From NCBI RefSeq assembly GCF_018350175.1, contig NC_058373.1, forward strand, positions 105,402,001-105,466,000: a stretch of 64,000 nucleotides of DNA, read 5' to 3'. Positions 25,493 to 38,614 of this stretch are shown here, piece by piece (position 1 is the stretch's first letter; each line of letters opens with the position of its first letter). The DNA is from Felis catus. Its lineage: Eukaryota. Under the pieces are notes generated by a model. That model worked only from the letters and a program-made list of their open reading frames with translations, was not told the DNA's origin and searched no databases. The translations under genes and the position numbers were made by a program.

Positions 25493-25710
25493 GGGGCACC
25501 TGGGTGGCTCAGTCGGTTAGGCGGCCGACTTTGGCTCAGGTCATGATCTCGTGGTCCGTGAATTCAAGCCCCGCGTCAGGCTCTGTGCTGACTGCTCAGA
25601 GCCTGGAGCCTGTTTCAGATTCTGTGTCTCCCTCTCTCTCTGACCCTCCCCTGTTCATGCTCTGTCTCTCTCTGTCTCAAAAATAAATAAACGTTAAAAA
25701 AAAAAAAAAA
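25493..25710 (+). mobile_element. Felid Can-SINE
   Basis: TSD gtttaggggttct/gtttagggattct. Confidence 0.95.
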
Positions 25711-25775
25711 GCGTTTAGGGATTCTTCCCTACTTCTTTCTTTTCTGGGGAAAAGTTGGCCAATTTTTTTTTTCTT

Positions 25776-25860
25776 TTTAACTGAAGTTTAATTGACATAC
25801 CATGTCATATTAGTTTCAAGTGCACAGCATAGGGATTCAACAATTCTGTACATTGTACAA
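25776..25860 (-). mobile_element. Carnivore L1 extreme 3' fragment
   Basis: ttgacataccatgtcatattagtttcaagtgcacagcatagggattcaac. Confidence 0.6.
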
Positions 25861-25894
25861 TTGCATTTCTTTTTTGGGTGAAAAATGTTTTCAC

Positions 25895-25990
25895 GTTTTA
25901 TGCATTTCTTCAGTTAACATTTTAAAGTAATCTCTACACCCATCACGGGGCGTGAACTACAACCCTGAGATCAAGAGTCAGGTGTCTCCT
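25895..25990 (-). mobile_element. Truncated old Can-SINE
   Basis: gtaatctctacaccc...ccctgagatcaagagtca; TSD aaaaatgttttcac. Confidence 0.85.
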
Positions 25991-27139
25991 AAAAAATGTT
26001 TTCACTTTAAACCTGATGCAATTCCTTACCTTTGCTTCTTTTCTTTAAACCTTAAACCACATCAACCTCCTCTTACTTTCTTTCCCCTGCCTTGTTAGTA
26101 TATTTCTCTCACCAATCAGTTAAGATTGTCTTCAGATTCTGTTAACATTTGGTTATGCATGCTGAAAGAATCACAAGAAATGATGAATAGGACTAAGCCT
26201 GAGTTTGACCCCGGGGTCACCCTGTTAGGCTCAACTACCTTCCCCAAATTGACTATTATGTCGTCCATCATTGTACATTCTAATGCTCTTGCCAACAGCT
26301 TTTAGCTATAAGGAGCTGCTTTCGATACCTACCATCTGCTACCGACCCCCATCTAACCATGAAACAAATTTAGTGAAGAATCTTGTTCAGCTAAGAAGAT
26401 TATTAGGCATGATTCTGTTGACAGTGTGCACGTTGGCAGCGTTTCTCGAGAGCTTTAAAAAAATTGCTTGGCTGCATGTAATTTGTGTAAAGTAGCACAA
26501 TCTTCCAAAGCGTGTAGTGTGAACAAAGCGAGGTGAAAAGAACAGAGTTCTACCTTGAGTTGATGTACAACCTTGGAAGGCCTTTAACTGCAGCACCTTG
26601 ATTTCTTCATTTACGAAACATAATTAGGGAGATCCATCCCGGTCACGTCACACAGTTATTGGAATGAAGTTACCAAACAAATGCACAAGCAACCTTATTA
26701 AATGCTATGTAAATCGATCCTTTTTACTCCAGGGCTGCTTGAGAATCAATTGAGAAAATGGAGTAGCAGTCGATTTCACTTCTATTTAAAATTGCAATTT
26801 CCCCCTCAACCTCTCTTTTTTTCAACTTGTCCCCTGTACTCTTTCTTCAGCAAATGACTTTGATTCTGACCTCCCAGAGACTCTAGGTGAAGGCTTCCTC
26901 CGTGTCTCTCTTCTCTGTCTCCCAGATCCTCACTTTCCATCTTTCTCTCACTGCTACACTGCAGATGGTAGGTTCAGTTCTTCCTCCTGGTGCACCTCTC
27001 CATCTATGGCCTGCATTGTCTCTCAGCTCCTCCCTGGCTTTCCTCCATCCGGCTAGAGTGTACTTCTCCCTCCTTCTCCATTGGCTCCTTCTCTCCTACA
27101 AGTGTGCCCATGTTTCTTTTTCTACAGTCCTTCCCTTAA

Positions 27140-27169
27140 AAAATTTTTTTTTTAAATGTTTATTAATTT

Positions 27170-27213
<44 letters not shown>

Positions 27214-27380
27214 CAGGGGAGGAGCAGAGAGATAGGGAGACAGAATCAGAAGCTGGCTCCAGGCTCTGAGCTATCAGCACAGAGCCTGACGTGGGGCTGG
27301 AACTCAAAAGCTGTGAGATCATGACCTGAGCTGAAGTCTGACGCTTAACTGCTTAACCGACTGAGCCACCCAGGCACCCC
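27140..27380 (-). mobile_element. Can-SINE with expanded (GA)n
   Basis: TSD ctacagtc(c/t)ttccctta; small internal gcttaac duplication. Confidence 0.94.
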
Positions 27381-27449
27381 TACAGTCTTTCCCTTAGTGC
27401 AGCTTTCCATCAAGGCTGATGCTCACCCCACCTTCCTCCTCCTCACCTC

Positions 27450-27950
27450 CACATATCCATTCCTTTTCTTCATTCCCACTCACTTTGGCCTTAGCTTTTT
27501 GCAGTCCTATCCCTCCCTAACTGTCCTGCTGAATCCGATGCCTTGAAGGCCACACATCTAATAACCACGATTGCTGGGTTTTACTTAGTTCTCATCTTTC
27601 TTGAACTCCTTACATCATTTAACAGTACTGGTAATAAAGCATTATTCTGTTTCCATTCCCACCTTCCCGATAAAGGCTCTTTTCCCTGCTCTTTAAATGT
27701 AGGTATTCTCCAAGGTTCTAAGTCCACAAACCTTATCAGGTCACACGTCTTATTATAGATAATCCCCAAATACCCAGGTCATTTGCTAATAGCAGTCCCA
27801 CATTCCAGTCCTGCATTTCCAGCTGCTGGCAAAACTTCTCCACTTGAAGGTCATGATGAAGCCATTTAAGTTCAGCGTTTCAAAGTTCAGCTCATCATCT
27901 CCTCACAAATAGTCTGTACGCTTGATTTTCCTATTTTTGTTCAGATGTTT
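27450..27950 (+). mobile_element. L2 internal remnant
   Basis: Pyrimidine-rich L2-like motifs (ctcatctttcttgaactc, tccagctgc...ctccacttgaagg). Confidence 0.5.
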
Positions 27951-28435
27951 TTTTTTTCTTACAACTTGACAATTACTTCTAAAGCTGCAAAATAAGCTAA
28001 CCCATAGACCTCTAGGCTGGCGAGGAATTAGATGGAAAGCAAATCAGGAAAAATATTAGAGTAGTAGCAGGCCCAGTGAAATTAACATGAGCCAGGAGAG
28101 AAAAACAGCAGGGGGACAGGAAATCAACATCATGCATTTTGCTTACAAGAGAGTTAGAAGACCAGGGCTACCAAATACATTAGTGTTTGAATTTCTAATT
28201 TTCTGTCAAGGCTCCTGGCAGATACAAACCCCTCACCACAGTGACTCATTGTTTAAAACTTGCTCTGTGATTACAACATCTCTTTAGACTCTCTAATTCT
28301 TTATAGTCAGATTTTAAGTTTACCCATCCTTCATTTTTTTCTTACCATAAAATATTTTAAATACACAGAGTATAGATAATAGATACTTCCTTACCATTAA
28401 AACTTTTGTCATATTTGCTTCAGCTTTTGTAAAAC

Positions 28436-29640
28436 ATTTTATTTTGAAATAATTATAGGCTTAAAATATTGCAAAAAACAAGACAGAGACTATATAAACC
28501 CTTCACTTAGATTCCTCAAATGTGTTAACACTTTACATAACCATAGTACAAAGATCAAAGGCAGGAAATTAACATTGATACCATACCCTTAACTAGTGCA
28601 CAGACCTCAGTCAGATGTCACCAGTTTTTCCCCACTGAAGTCCTTTTTCTGGTTCAAGATACTACGTTGCATCTAGGGTTGTTCCTCAGTCTTCTTTTTT
28701 CTTTTATGATCCTATGCTTTTGAAAAGTACTGGTCATTTGTTTTGTGGACTGACTCAATTTCGATTTGTCTGCCGTTTTCTTATGTTTAAATTCATGTTA
28801 TACATTTTAGCAAGACTACCCAGAAGTGACTTTGTGTCCTTTTCAGTGCGTCGTATCAGGTTTTCAATGTTGATATGTTCCACTAGTGGTTATGTTCACT
28901 TTGATCACGTGGCTAAGGAGATGTTTTCTGGGTTTCTCCCCTGTGAAGTTACTCTTTTCCTCTTTGTAATTAGTAATATTAATAAATATCTTGTGCAGAA
29001 TACATCGAGACTCCGAACATGTCCTCTTTTTCATCATATCTTTTACCTACCAATTTAAGCCCCAATTTAGGCATCCATTGGTGATTCCTGCATGCAACAA
29101 TTATTACTTTGGTGTTTGTCAAATGGTGATTTTTCTGTTTCCATCATGCTTTCTCTCCCATTTAGTTAGTTAGTTACATCAATATGGACTCATGGAATTT
29201 GCTTTATTCTATAAGCTATGTCCCACTACTGTCATTATTTTGCCACTCAAAGTATCCTAGATTTGACCATCGGTAGCTCCTTCCAGATGACTTCTACAAC
29301 CTTTCTTTTTTTTTTTTTAATTTTTTTTTCAACGTTTATTTATTTTTGGGACAGAGAGAGACAGAGCATGAATGGGGGAGGGGCAGAGAGAGAGGGAGAC
29401 ACAGAATCAGAAACAGGCTCCAGGCTCTGAGCCATCAGCCCAGAGCCCGACGCGGGGCTCAAACTCCCGGACCGCGAGATCGCGACCTGGCTGAAGTCGG
29501 ACGCTCAACCGGCTGCGCCACCCAGGCGCCCCAGACTTCTACATCCTTTCTAGATGCCCCATCTTTTTTGAGTACTTCCTTACTTTCTGTTATCACAAGG
29601 TGTTCCAGGCTCATCTGGTAATTTCCCTACTCTATCCACA
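28436..29640 (-). mobile_element. Old L1MC-type 3' region, interrupted by a SINE
   Basis: ttttattttgaaataattatag...acataaccatagtaca...caggaaattaacattgatac; caatatggactcatgga. Confidence 0.75.
29306..29532 (-). mobile_element. Young felid Can-SINE (SINEC_Fc-type)
   Basis: CpG-intact; TSD gacttctaca(a/t)cctttct. Confidence 0.95.
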
Positions 29641-29974
29641 GAACATTTTTTCCTCTTTTTTAAAATAAACAAAACATCATGGAAATCCCCTGTGCCCTGT
29701 GAACACTTTCTTATTCAGATTTCCTAGTTTCCTTCATCAGATGTTTCCACTCTCCTGATATCAGACACATCAACCCTAAATACATTCTGGTCCATGACTT
29801 TATATATTAACGACATGTATATATGTATCCATAAATAATATAGTTCTTTGCACATTTTATAACACTAGATAAATGAAATAATATTATAAATACATATGAC
29901 TAGACATTTATAAATTATTGTTGGTACATGTGGCTGAAAAAGCTCATTCATTTTGTTTTCACTTATTACTTAAA

Positions 29975-30520
29975 ATTTTTTATTTGAGTCTAGTTGACAC
30001 ACAATGTTATATTCGATGTATAACATAGTGACTCAACATCCCTATATCTCTATGTGTTTTTTTAATGTTTATTTTATTTTTTATTCTTTTTTGGGGGGAG
30101 GGGCTCTTTTATTTTTTAATAAAAAAAATATTAAAAGGGGCAGAGACAGAGAAGGACAGAGGATCCCAAGTGGGCTCTGTGCTGACAGAAGAGAGTCTGA
30201 TATGGGGCTCAGACTCACTGTGAGATCATGACATGAGCTGAAGTCAGACAGATAACAGTGTGAGCCACCCAGGTGCCCCCATCTATATCTCTACATGTTA
30301 TGCTATGCTCTACACACGTGTGGCTACCATCTGTCACCATACAACACTATTACACTATCATTGACTATATTCCCTATGCTGTGTTTTTTATTCTCACGAC
30401 TTATTCATCCCGTGACTGGAACTCTGTGCTCCCCACTCCCCTTCACCCATTTTGCCTCTTACCCTACCCCGTTCCCTCTGGCAACCATAAATTTGTTCTT
30501 TGTGTTTGTTGATCTGTTTC
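29975..30520 (-). mobile_element. Carnivore L1 3' fragment with a nested SINE, inside an older L1
   Basis: tagttgacacacaatgttat...ctaccatctgtcaccatacaac...attgactatattccctatgctg...ctctggcaacca. Confidence 0.75.
30057..30279 (-). mobile_element. Can-SINE
   Basis: TSD ctatatctcta. Confidence 0.88.
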
Positions 30521-30774
30521 TGAAAAGCTCATTTATTTTAACTTCTGCGTAATATCCCATTATAGGATTATACCAAATTTATTTACCTTTTCATTATTTG
30601 ATAGGCATGTTGATTGTAACCCATTTTTTGCAATTATAAATATATTCTTGTAAGCTATCAGCTTGAACTATTATGTTAGAGTTTCCCTGAATTATATACT
30701 TAGGAATATAATTACTAGGCTTTAGTGTATGTATGTCTTCCACTTCATTAGATTTTGTCTCCAAAATGTTTGTT

Positions 30775-30993
30775 TTTTTTTTAATTTCTTTAATGTTTTT
30801 ATTTATTTTTGAGACAGAGAGAGACAGAGCATGAGCAGGGGAGGGGCAGAGAAAGAGGGAGACAGAATCTGAGCAGGCTTCAGGCTCTGAGCTGTCAGCA
30901 CAGAGCCTGACATGGGGCTCAAACTCACAGAGTGTGAGATCATGACCTGAGCTGAAGTCAGACACTTAACTGACTGAGCCACCCAGGTGCCCC
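30775..30993 (-). mobile_element. Can-SINE
   Basis: TSD aaaatgtttgttttt. Confidence 0.94.
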
Positions 30994-31177
30994 TAAAATG
31001 TTTGTTTTTGTTTATACTATGACCAGCCATGTGTATCCCTATGTCTACACATCTTCACCAACCCTTGGTATTGTCAGCCATTTAAATTGTTGCCGAAGTG
31101 ATAGGAGTGAAATAGTCTTTGTTGTTTTTAGCTGCATTTCCCTGATTATTAGTGAGGCTGAGTATCTCTCTGAAAAT

Positions 31178-31386
31178 ATTTTTTAATTTTAGTGTGGTTT
31201 TTTTTGAGAGAAAGAGAGCATGTGCACATGCATGTAAGGGAGGAGCGAAGGGAAGGGAAAGAATCTTAAGCAGGCTCCATGCCCAGTGCAGAGCCTGACT
31301 CGGGGCTTGATCCCAAGACTGTGAGACCAAGACCTGAACCTAAATCAAGAGTCAGAAGCTTAACCGACCCAGCCACGCAGGCACCC
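31178..31386 (-). mobile_element. Can-SINE
   Basis: TSD tgaggctgagtatct/tgatgctgagcatct. Confidence 0.9.
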
Positions 31387-31781
31387 TGATGCTGAGCATC
31401 TTTTCATGCTCATCGGTCATTTCTCTCTTATAAAGTGTAATCTTGTGCCCATTTTTCTTTTGGAGTGTGGTTCCCTTGCTGATTTGCTGCTTTTAAAAAC
31501 ATGTCTCAGCTACTAGCACTTTACTCGTTGTCTGTGACGCAAGTACTTCTCTCAGTGGATGATTTGTTTTCTCATTGCTCAAAGTGTCTTTTCACCCTTC
31601 TACTTTCAATTCCATCTTCCAAGTGGGTTTCCTAATCGAACATGTTAATGAAGTGACCTCTGGCATGCTACTCATAAATCATTTCTTTTAACTAAATTTG
31701 TTCACCAGGATTTTGAAACAACTGGATGAGTTTAAAATGAATTTTTGGACTCAAGGATCAGAAACCCACTCAGGAATGTTT

Positions 31782-31817
31782 AAAAAAAGAGAAAGAAAGA
31801 AAGAAGGAAAAGAAGGA

Positions 31818-31865
<48 letters not shown>

Positions 31866-31866
31866 A
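31782..31866. repeat. (GAAA)n microsatellite
   Basis: Direct observation. Confidence 0.95.
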
Positions 31867-33009
31867 GTAGCTTTGATCCTTTCACAACTAAGATGTGGCC
31901 TTCATCTGTTTCTTTGTAATAGAATCTGAGGCTGGGAAGGGGGCTCTTTGATATCTGTAATATCCAATTTAAAATTCACTGAATTCTAGAAATAAAGTAC
32001 TAGAAGGAATCACAGGGACCATCTGGTTCAACCCTCTCATTTTACAGGAAATAGAAGCTCAGGGAGATGAAATAAAATATTCAGGGTTGAGATCTAGTTT
32101 CTTTTCCCCCGAAGATTTCAATTTTTAAATGCATGGATTTAGACCTTCATTCTATCAGGGGAATGGGACTCTCACAAGTTTGCTTGGGCACACATAATCT
32201 CTTATAAGTTTCTCCCTTCTTTTGAGGTATAAGGACCCCCACCACCGTTTATTATCACTCTTGGAATAGAATATAAGTTCTGGTCAAATGCTTTGGACAC
32301 ATAGCAATTCATATTCCTCTGAACCTAATGGGTATTATAAATCAGTCTGCAGAATGGATGGGGGACTTCCGTTTTCTCTTTGTTTTCTTTCTTCTTTTTT
32401 TTAAAAATTAAGATCCATTTCCCTTCTCTAGAGAGAGAATACAATAATATTCTTTCTTGGATTTAGGAAACCTTGGTTAGAAATAAATCTCTCCAAATGG
32501 TTAGGTGAGAGTCCCTTGAGCAAGACTAAAAGGCTTCAATGTTTTTTTCCCATTTATTTTGCTTATGCACAGTCCACATCTAAATGGCCTAAAAATTTAT
32601 TTTGGTTAAATCAGTTTTCTTTTCTAAATAAAGTGCTAAATGAAAGGTTATGTTTCTAGTTAGAGTCCTTTTTAGCTCTAAATGTCCATGAATCTAGGAT
32701 AAGGTATATCAAAAGGACTTTGAGAAAAAATAGAGCAAGCAGCTGAACCACTAGTAATGGGAACCCTAGTAATGACCATTGATCTTAACTGCTGACTGTT
32801 GTTCAATCACCCCTGGATTTCCCTTAAGCTGCCTTCTGTAGTAATTGCCAGCTTTCTCTGGATCCTTTCTTTAAAAAACGGCTCTCCACAAACAACTCAG
32901 CATGCTAGAAATCAGATGGTTAGCTCCTACAGGACATTGGCGTTGTCACCTTTGTTCACTAGTGCTGCCTGATGTTGACAATGATGATGACGATGGTGTA
33001 GAGATAAAA

Positions 33010-33605
33010 CTACAATAATTATGCGTATTACATACCAGGCATTGTTCTAAGTATCTCACACATATTAATGACTCATTCAATCCTCAGAAGTCTAGGAGGT
33101 AAGTTAGTATTATTATCTCCATTTTATATAGCTAGAGGCATGGAGAGGTTATGTAATTTATCTGGAGTCACACAGTTTATCACTCAGGGTCCAAACGGAG
33201 TACAGATGACACACGAAAATAGTTAACTTGGGAGGGTTTGTTTACAAAATGGGCTAACTCAGGAGGAGGGAGATGTGTGTGAAGCCAATTGCACTTTGTA
33301 CAGAGCAGTGAACTCTGGGCAGGGGCACTGTTAGCCCATGGCAACCTTGCAGAGAAAGAGCCCAGGGAATAAATACCCTAATCTCCCTCTCCTTCCTCCT
33401 GTGGACTCCTGCCAGGAAACTTCAGAGGTGGACTTGGGCAGAACTTTATCTGAAGTTTTTTGAAGCCTATCGATGTCAGTTGTACAGTCCAGCATCAGGG
33501 CAGAGAGCCGGGTCCATCTGGCACACACCCCATAGTAAGTAGCAGAGCTCGGATTTGAATCCAGGCAGTCTAACTCCAGAGTCCCAATTTCTAGCCACTG
33601 TGCCA
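33010..33605 (-). mobile_element. MIR split by an LTR insertion
   Basis: The left half ends ...ggagtcacacag (33175) and the right half resumes tagtaagtagcagagctcggatttgaatccaggcagtct (~33533). Confidence 0.7.
33176..33530. mobile_element. Old ERVL-type solo LTR (LTR41/LTR33-like)
   Basis: tcagggtccaa...acagatgacacac start; 5-bp TSD-like cacag/catag. Confidence 0.5.
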
Positions 33606-33776
33606 CGTAGTGCCTTGTAGATTCAGGGCGCACAACTGCACACAGTGACTAGAATATAACTGGGATGTGTAACTCATGTAAGAGGTAGCGTGTGGCTCAA
33701 TAAATCACTGGACAGGTGCACATGATGCTGATGTTTGTTCTGAAGGCAAAAGAACCAACAGCACCGTGTTGATTTC

Positions 33777-33824
<48 letters not shown>

Positions 33825-33826
33825 TT
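33777..33826. repeat. (TTTA)n microsatellite
   Basis: Direct observation. Confidence 0.95.
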
Positions 33827-35599
33827 GTATGTTGCTAGCTTGATCTGGGAGGGATTTGAAGCTGTTGGACTCATCTTCTCCATCATTAATTGTATATTGA
33901 TTTTTGCTTTTTAGGTTGAACAAAAATCTGATTTCCCTCCAATTATATATAAATTGCTTCCTTTTAGTTTCCAGTTTTGGGGGAGATCACATAAATTGAG
34001 CTGAAGGCAGAATCAAATTTTCTTGACTCCATTACTTGAAGAATCACCCATCACTAGGATAAAATATTTTTATGTTGTTGTTTTTTATTTAGTTCTCTGT
34101 TTTACATAATGGGAAAATTCTAGGGCACTGTGTGATGGTTTGGGAGTAGGAAACCTGGCATAAGGAATTTTGGGTTCTCTATGAAAGGTAATTGAGGCAG
34201 GAATGGAGGGTGAGTTCCATCTCGATAAAGTGCCTACAGGCAGATTTCACATCAGAGACTTCATCAGGGAGGGAAAGCACAGTTTTTAAGGCAGGGCAAA
34301 GAAAATAGCGTTAGGAGGAGAAGGCAGAGTGCTGTTTTAGAAAGATATGTATGCCTTTGATTTTCTTTTTTAAACTTCGGGAGTTGAGAAATTGCCAACA
34401 GGAATAAGACTTCTAATTCCAATAAGACTGTATGGGTTGCAATTTATTCTGAAGTTTCAAAAGCAGAGTGATGTAAGAAAGGCAACTACAACATTCTCCA
34501 GCTTTAATTGTGCATCCTGTCAGCATTTGCCCAGAAGCTCCACCTGGGACTCAAAACCCCTGGGACGCAGGACAGATAGTTCTCTTTAAATAAAGGAACT
34601 CCCTACGCGAGAAAAGAATAGCTAAGGTGCTGTACTTGAAGACCTTTCCTCTCAATTGGAGAAACACAAAGCAGAGTACTGAAGTGTGATTCATTTTACT
34701 GTTTTTGAGGTGTGAGGTACATTAAATTGCCAAAGAAGGTGGGGAAGTGTTTCAGCATCCTGGGCTGCAAAGCCCATTTTGAGTCTAAGTAGCATTATTC
34801 GGTGAAACTGTCATCAACAATGATGGTCTTGAGAACTGGGGTGTTCAGTGGGTGGCACCCTGCTGGCAAGGTCTGGCGAGGGAGCAGAGGGTCTGGAGTG
34901 TGGTGGGGTGCTCTGCCAGAGGAGCTTCTGTTCAGAGGTTACGTTTCTGTGGCCCCCCCACCTTCCCCTTTCTCCAGGAAGAGGAAGCTGCCAGCCGCTT
35001 CACATGTAGACCAGTCCAGGACAGAATTTTGAAGCCTACTTTCCACGCTCTTTAACAGAATCAAGCTCTTCTTAGTTGAGTGTGTGAATGAGTGGGTGTC
35101 ATGACCTGAAGAGAGGGATGGGTGAGATGTGGGAGCTGGTGTTCATTCAGCCCTCCTAGGGTCAGCTTGCTCACTCAGATATAGATATTTATGTGAACTG
35201 AAACAACTGATCCCTAAGAGGGAATTGCCTGGGGCCCAGGCCTTTTGAGGAGGGATTCTGGTGGGGGCGGAGGGAAGGGTCATCACGCCTTGAAGAATTC
35301 TCATGATGGAGTTCTCTTTGGCATTCATGGTGGCCTTAGCTGTGACACCTTGATTTCTACCCAGCATTTTGGATAGCTTTCCTGGTGCAGGTAGCAAGCC
35401 CTTCCCCTCCTCCACTCATATCTTCTTGGCTGACCACAGCCTGCATTCCCATTTCCTCACACCTGGAAGAACTGACCTATAAGCCCTCCCCACCTGACTC
35501 ACTCGGGAAGAGTTGGCTCCTGATGGATGGAACAGAATAAGAAAATGAAAAAGGCTGGATCCAAAGGGTAGTGGCTGCTTTGGCAGAAAGCTTCTCTTT

Positions 35600-35858
35600 A
35601 AAAAAAAAAAAAAAAAAAATTTTAATGTTTATTTATTTATTTATTTAAAAAATTTTTCAACATTCATTTTTTTTTTGAGAGACAGAGCCAGAGCGTGAGT
35701 GGGAGAGGGGCAGAGAGGAGGGAAAAGCAGAATCTGAGGCAGGCTCCAGGCTCTGAGCTGTCAGCACAGAGCCCAGTGAGGCGTTCAAACTCACAAACAA
35801 CGAGATCATGACCTGAGCTGAAGTCAGATGCTTAACCGACTGAGCCACCCAGACGCCC
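35600..35858 (-). mobile_element. Can-SINE with a compound tail
   Basis: TSD tggcagaaagcttct. Confidence 0.93.
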
Positions 35859-36079
35859 TGGCAGAAAGCTTCTTTATTTACTGAATTTAAACGTGGAGAG
35901 TGGACAGCCCACCCCTGAAGAATTGTTACCAACTTAGCCTCTGTGGTTCCTGTGGGAACTGGAGATACTGACCATCTTCTCTGCACTTGGGAAATGATTC
36001 ATCAACTGTAGGCTACCAGCAACCCTCAGCTTCGGTCTGTGCCTTGTGATGGGGCTCTGCTGGGTTGAACTTACTCTTT

Positions 36080-36304
36080 ATTTATTTATTAAAAATTTTT
36101 TTTTGTGTGTGTTTATTTTTGAGAGAAAGAGAGACAGAGTATGAGGGAGGGAGTGGCAGAGAGAGACAGAGACAGAATTTGAAGCAGGTTCCAGGCTCTG
36201 AGCTGTCACCACAGAGCCCAATGTGAGGCTTGAACTCACAAATCATGAGGTCATGAGGTGAGCCGAAGCCGGACACTCAACTGACTGAGCCACCCAGGCA
36301 CCCC
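36080..36304 (-). mobile_element. Can-SINE
   Basis: TSD tgaactt(a/g)ctcttta. Confidence 0.93.
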
Positions 36305-37239
36305 TGAACTTGCTCTTTAGGCACCTTAAGGGCCTGAGCAGTTTGAGGGCACAGAGTAGAAATGGTGTCAGGGCCTTGGATAGATCAGAATTCCTGCTAT
36401 CGTCACCATATGGTGTTTCAGCCTCACTCTTTAGGAATTAATGGTGTGTGTTATTTGTACCCCAAACTGTACAGATTGGTCCTTGTTTATAGAGCATATA
36501 ATCCCCACTCCCATAAAAGATGCACTATTTGTAAAAATCGTTTGTGAAAAATATAAAGCATAGTCACACATCTCATCCTGTGTCAAATGACTTGAATCCC
36601 TGGTGCAAAACATCAGGTGAGTTAGTTTTAATACATTTTTTAAAACACATTTTAATAGGACATAGGCGCTGGAACAAAAGCCTTTATAATATCACTGTCT
36701 TTGCAGATGTTCATTTGACATTTGGTTGAAAAACTTCTAGACTTCTCTTAAAAAGGTTTTTACCGGCCTTGACATTTTCCAGCCAGCATTTGTGGGGAGC
36801 TGGTCGGTGTCTCTTGGCACAGTTTGTGATGTAGACATCACAAAGAGCATATTTCCACTTGACCGAGTGGCTTAAGTGGTCAACATTAAGTGGGTTTGGT
36901 GGGGATACCCAGACTGAAATAATGCTCTGCTTTATCATTTGGGGCTGAGCAGCAAAGCAGAATCAGAATTGGACTCAAGGAGAGTCCAGTTGGGCACTAA
37001 TGTTCTTTTCCATGAAATCATTAGATCAAAGAGAAGGCTAGAGTATTAAGATTTAGGGACAGTGGGACTGGGCTGAATCACACAATTGCACACTGTTCTA
37101 GGGAAAAAGAAATCAATAGGTATGTTCTGATCAACTGAGAGAAAGTTGCTTTTTCCATGACTTAGAAGAGAGTGAGCTCAAGCACCACAGTATCTTCTTT
37201 TGTTTCCTTAAGATGAGAGGGCAAGTTGTAATCTCTCTC

Positions 37240-37455
37240 TTTTTTTTTTTTTTAACGTTTTATTTATTTTTGAGACAGGGAGAGACAGAGCATGAACAGG
37301 GGAGGGTCAGAGAGAGGGAGACACAGAACCTGAAACAGGCTCCAGGCTCTGAGCTGTCAGCACAGAGCCTGACACGGAGCTTGAACTCACGGACCGCGAG
37401 ATCATGACCTGAGCCGAAGTCTGCCGCTTAACCGACTGAGCCACCCAGGCGCCCC
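37240..37455 (-). mobile_element. Felid Can-SINE
   Basis: TSD aagttgtaatctct. Confidence 0.95.
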
Positions 37456-37523
37456 AAGTTGTAATCTCTTTTGAGGTGACCCAGAGGCTCTATCTCTGGA
37501 CTTGAAACAAGAGGTCTTCTTCC

Positions 37524-37751
37524 TTTTTTTTTTTTTTTTTAAGTTTATTTGAGAAAGAGAGAGAAAGAGAGAGCAAGCAAACATGAGTGGAGGAGGGACA
37601 GAGAGAGAGGGAGAGAGAAAAAAATCCCAAGCAGGCTCTTCACTGTCAGCTTAGAGGTCAACGTGGGGCTTGAACCCACGAACCATGAGATCATGACATG
37701 CGCTGAAATCAAGAGTCGGACACTTGACCAGCTGCACCATCCAGTCACCCC
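37524..37751 (-). mobile_element. Can-SINE
   Basis: TSD aaacaagaggtcttct/aaacaggagctcttct. Confidence 0.92.
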
Positions 37752-38156
37752 AAACAGGAGCTCTTCTAAAGTAGGTCATTTCCCCAGACATGGGCATTGG
37801 GTACTTTCTCTTCCGTAAAGTGGAGATCTCGTAAAAAAGTAGGGCTGGTGAGACAGGCTGGTCAGTGCCAGTACCCTGTGGAATGCCTGACCCATGCCTG
37901 GTCCCAGTTCGGTGGGCATTTATAGATCATCTGTGTCAGGCACCGTGAAGATTGTAAGATACTATCCTTGCCCTCAGAACACAACTTTTTGCTTTCTCCT
38001 TACAGCATTTTTGGAGACCAGAAGTCAGTAGTGCTACAGTTTAGTGATAATCAGATTCCATTAAACTCAAAGTATTTATTAGGTATCTGTCCAGGAGTTG
38101 CACCTGGCTCCACACTAGTACTCTTCAGATATTTGGCAGAAAGTATCCTAGCCTTT

Positions 38157-38360
38157 GGGGCATCTGGGTGACTCGGTCAATTAACTGTTGGACTCTTGAT
38201 TTTGGCCCAGGTCAAGATCTCACAGTACGTGAGATGGAGCCCCACAGTGGGCTCTGTGCTGACAGTGCAGAGCCTGCTTGGGATTCTCTCTCTCCCTCCC
38301 CCACTCATTTTCTCTATTTCTCTCAAAGTAAACAAACATAAAAAAAAAAAAAAAAAAAAA
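38157..38360 (+). mobile_element. Can-SINE
   Basis: TSD gaaagtatcctagcctt/gaaattgtcctagcctt. Confidence 0.92.
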
Positions 38361-38614
38361 GAAATTGTCCTAGCCTTCAAGAGACTTGAACTTGAGAAAA
38401 GGATCAGAAAATAATATCTGAACAAATATCGTTGAATGCTTTAGTAATCAGGCACCCACAGGCTATTATTGCCTAACAATTTTGTCCACAAGAACATTAT
38501 TGTACTTTCTGAAGGAAAACAAATCTCTTTAATCTTCTCTTCCTCTTCTGCTCCTCAGATGCAGAGTTCCTTGACTGGCTTTCTTTGTGTTAGTGATTGG
38601 CCCTGAACACTTTC

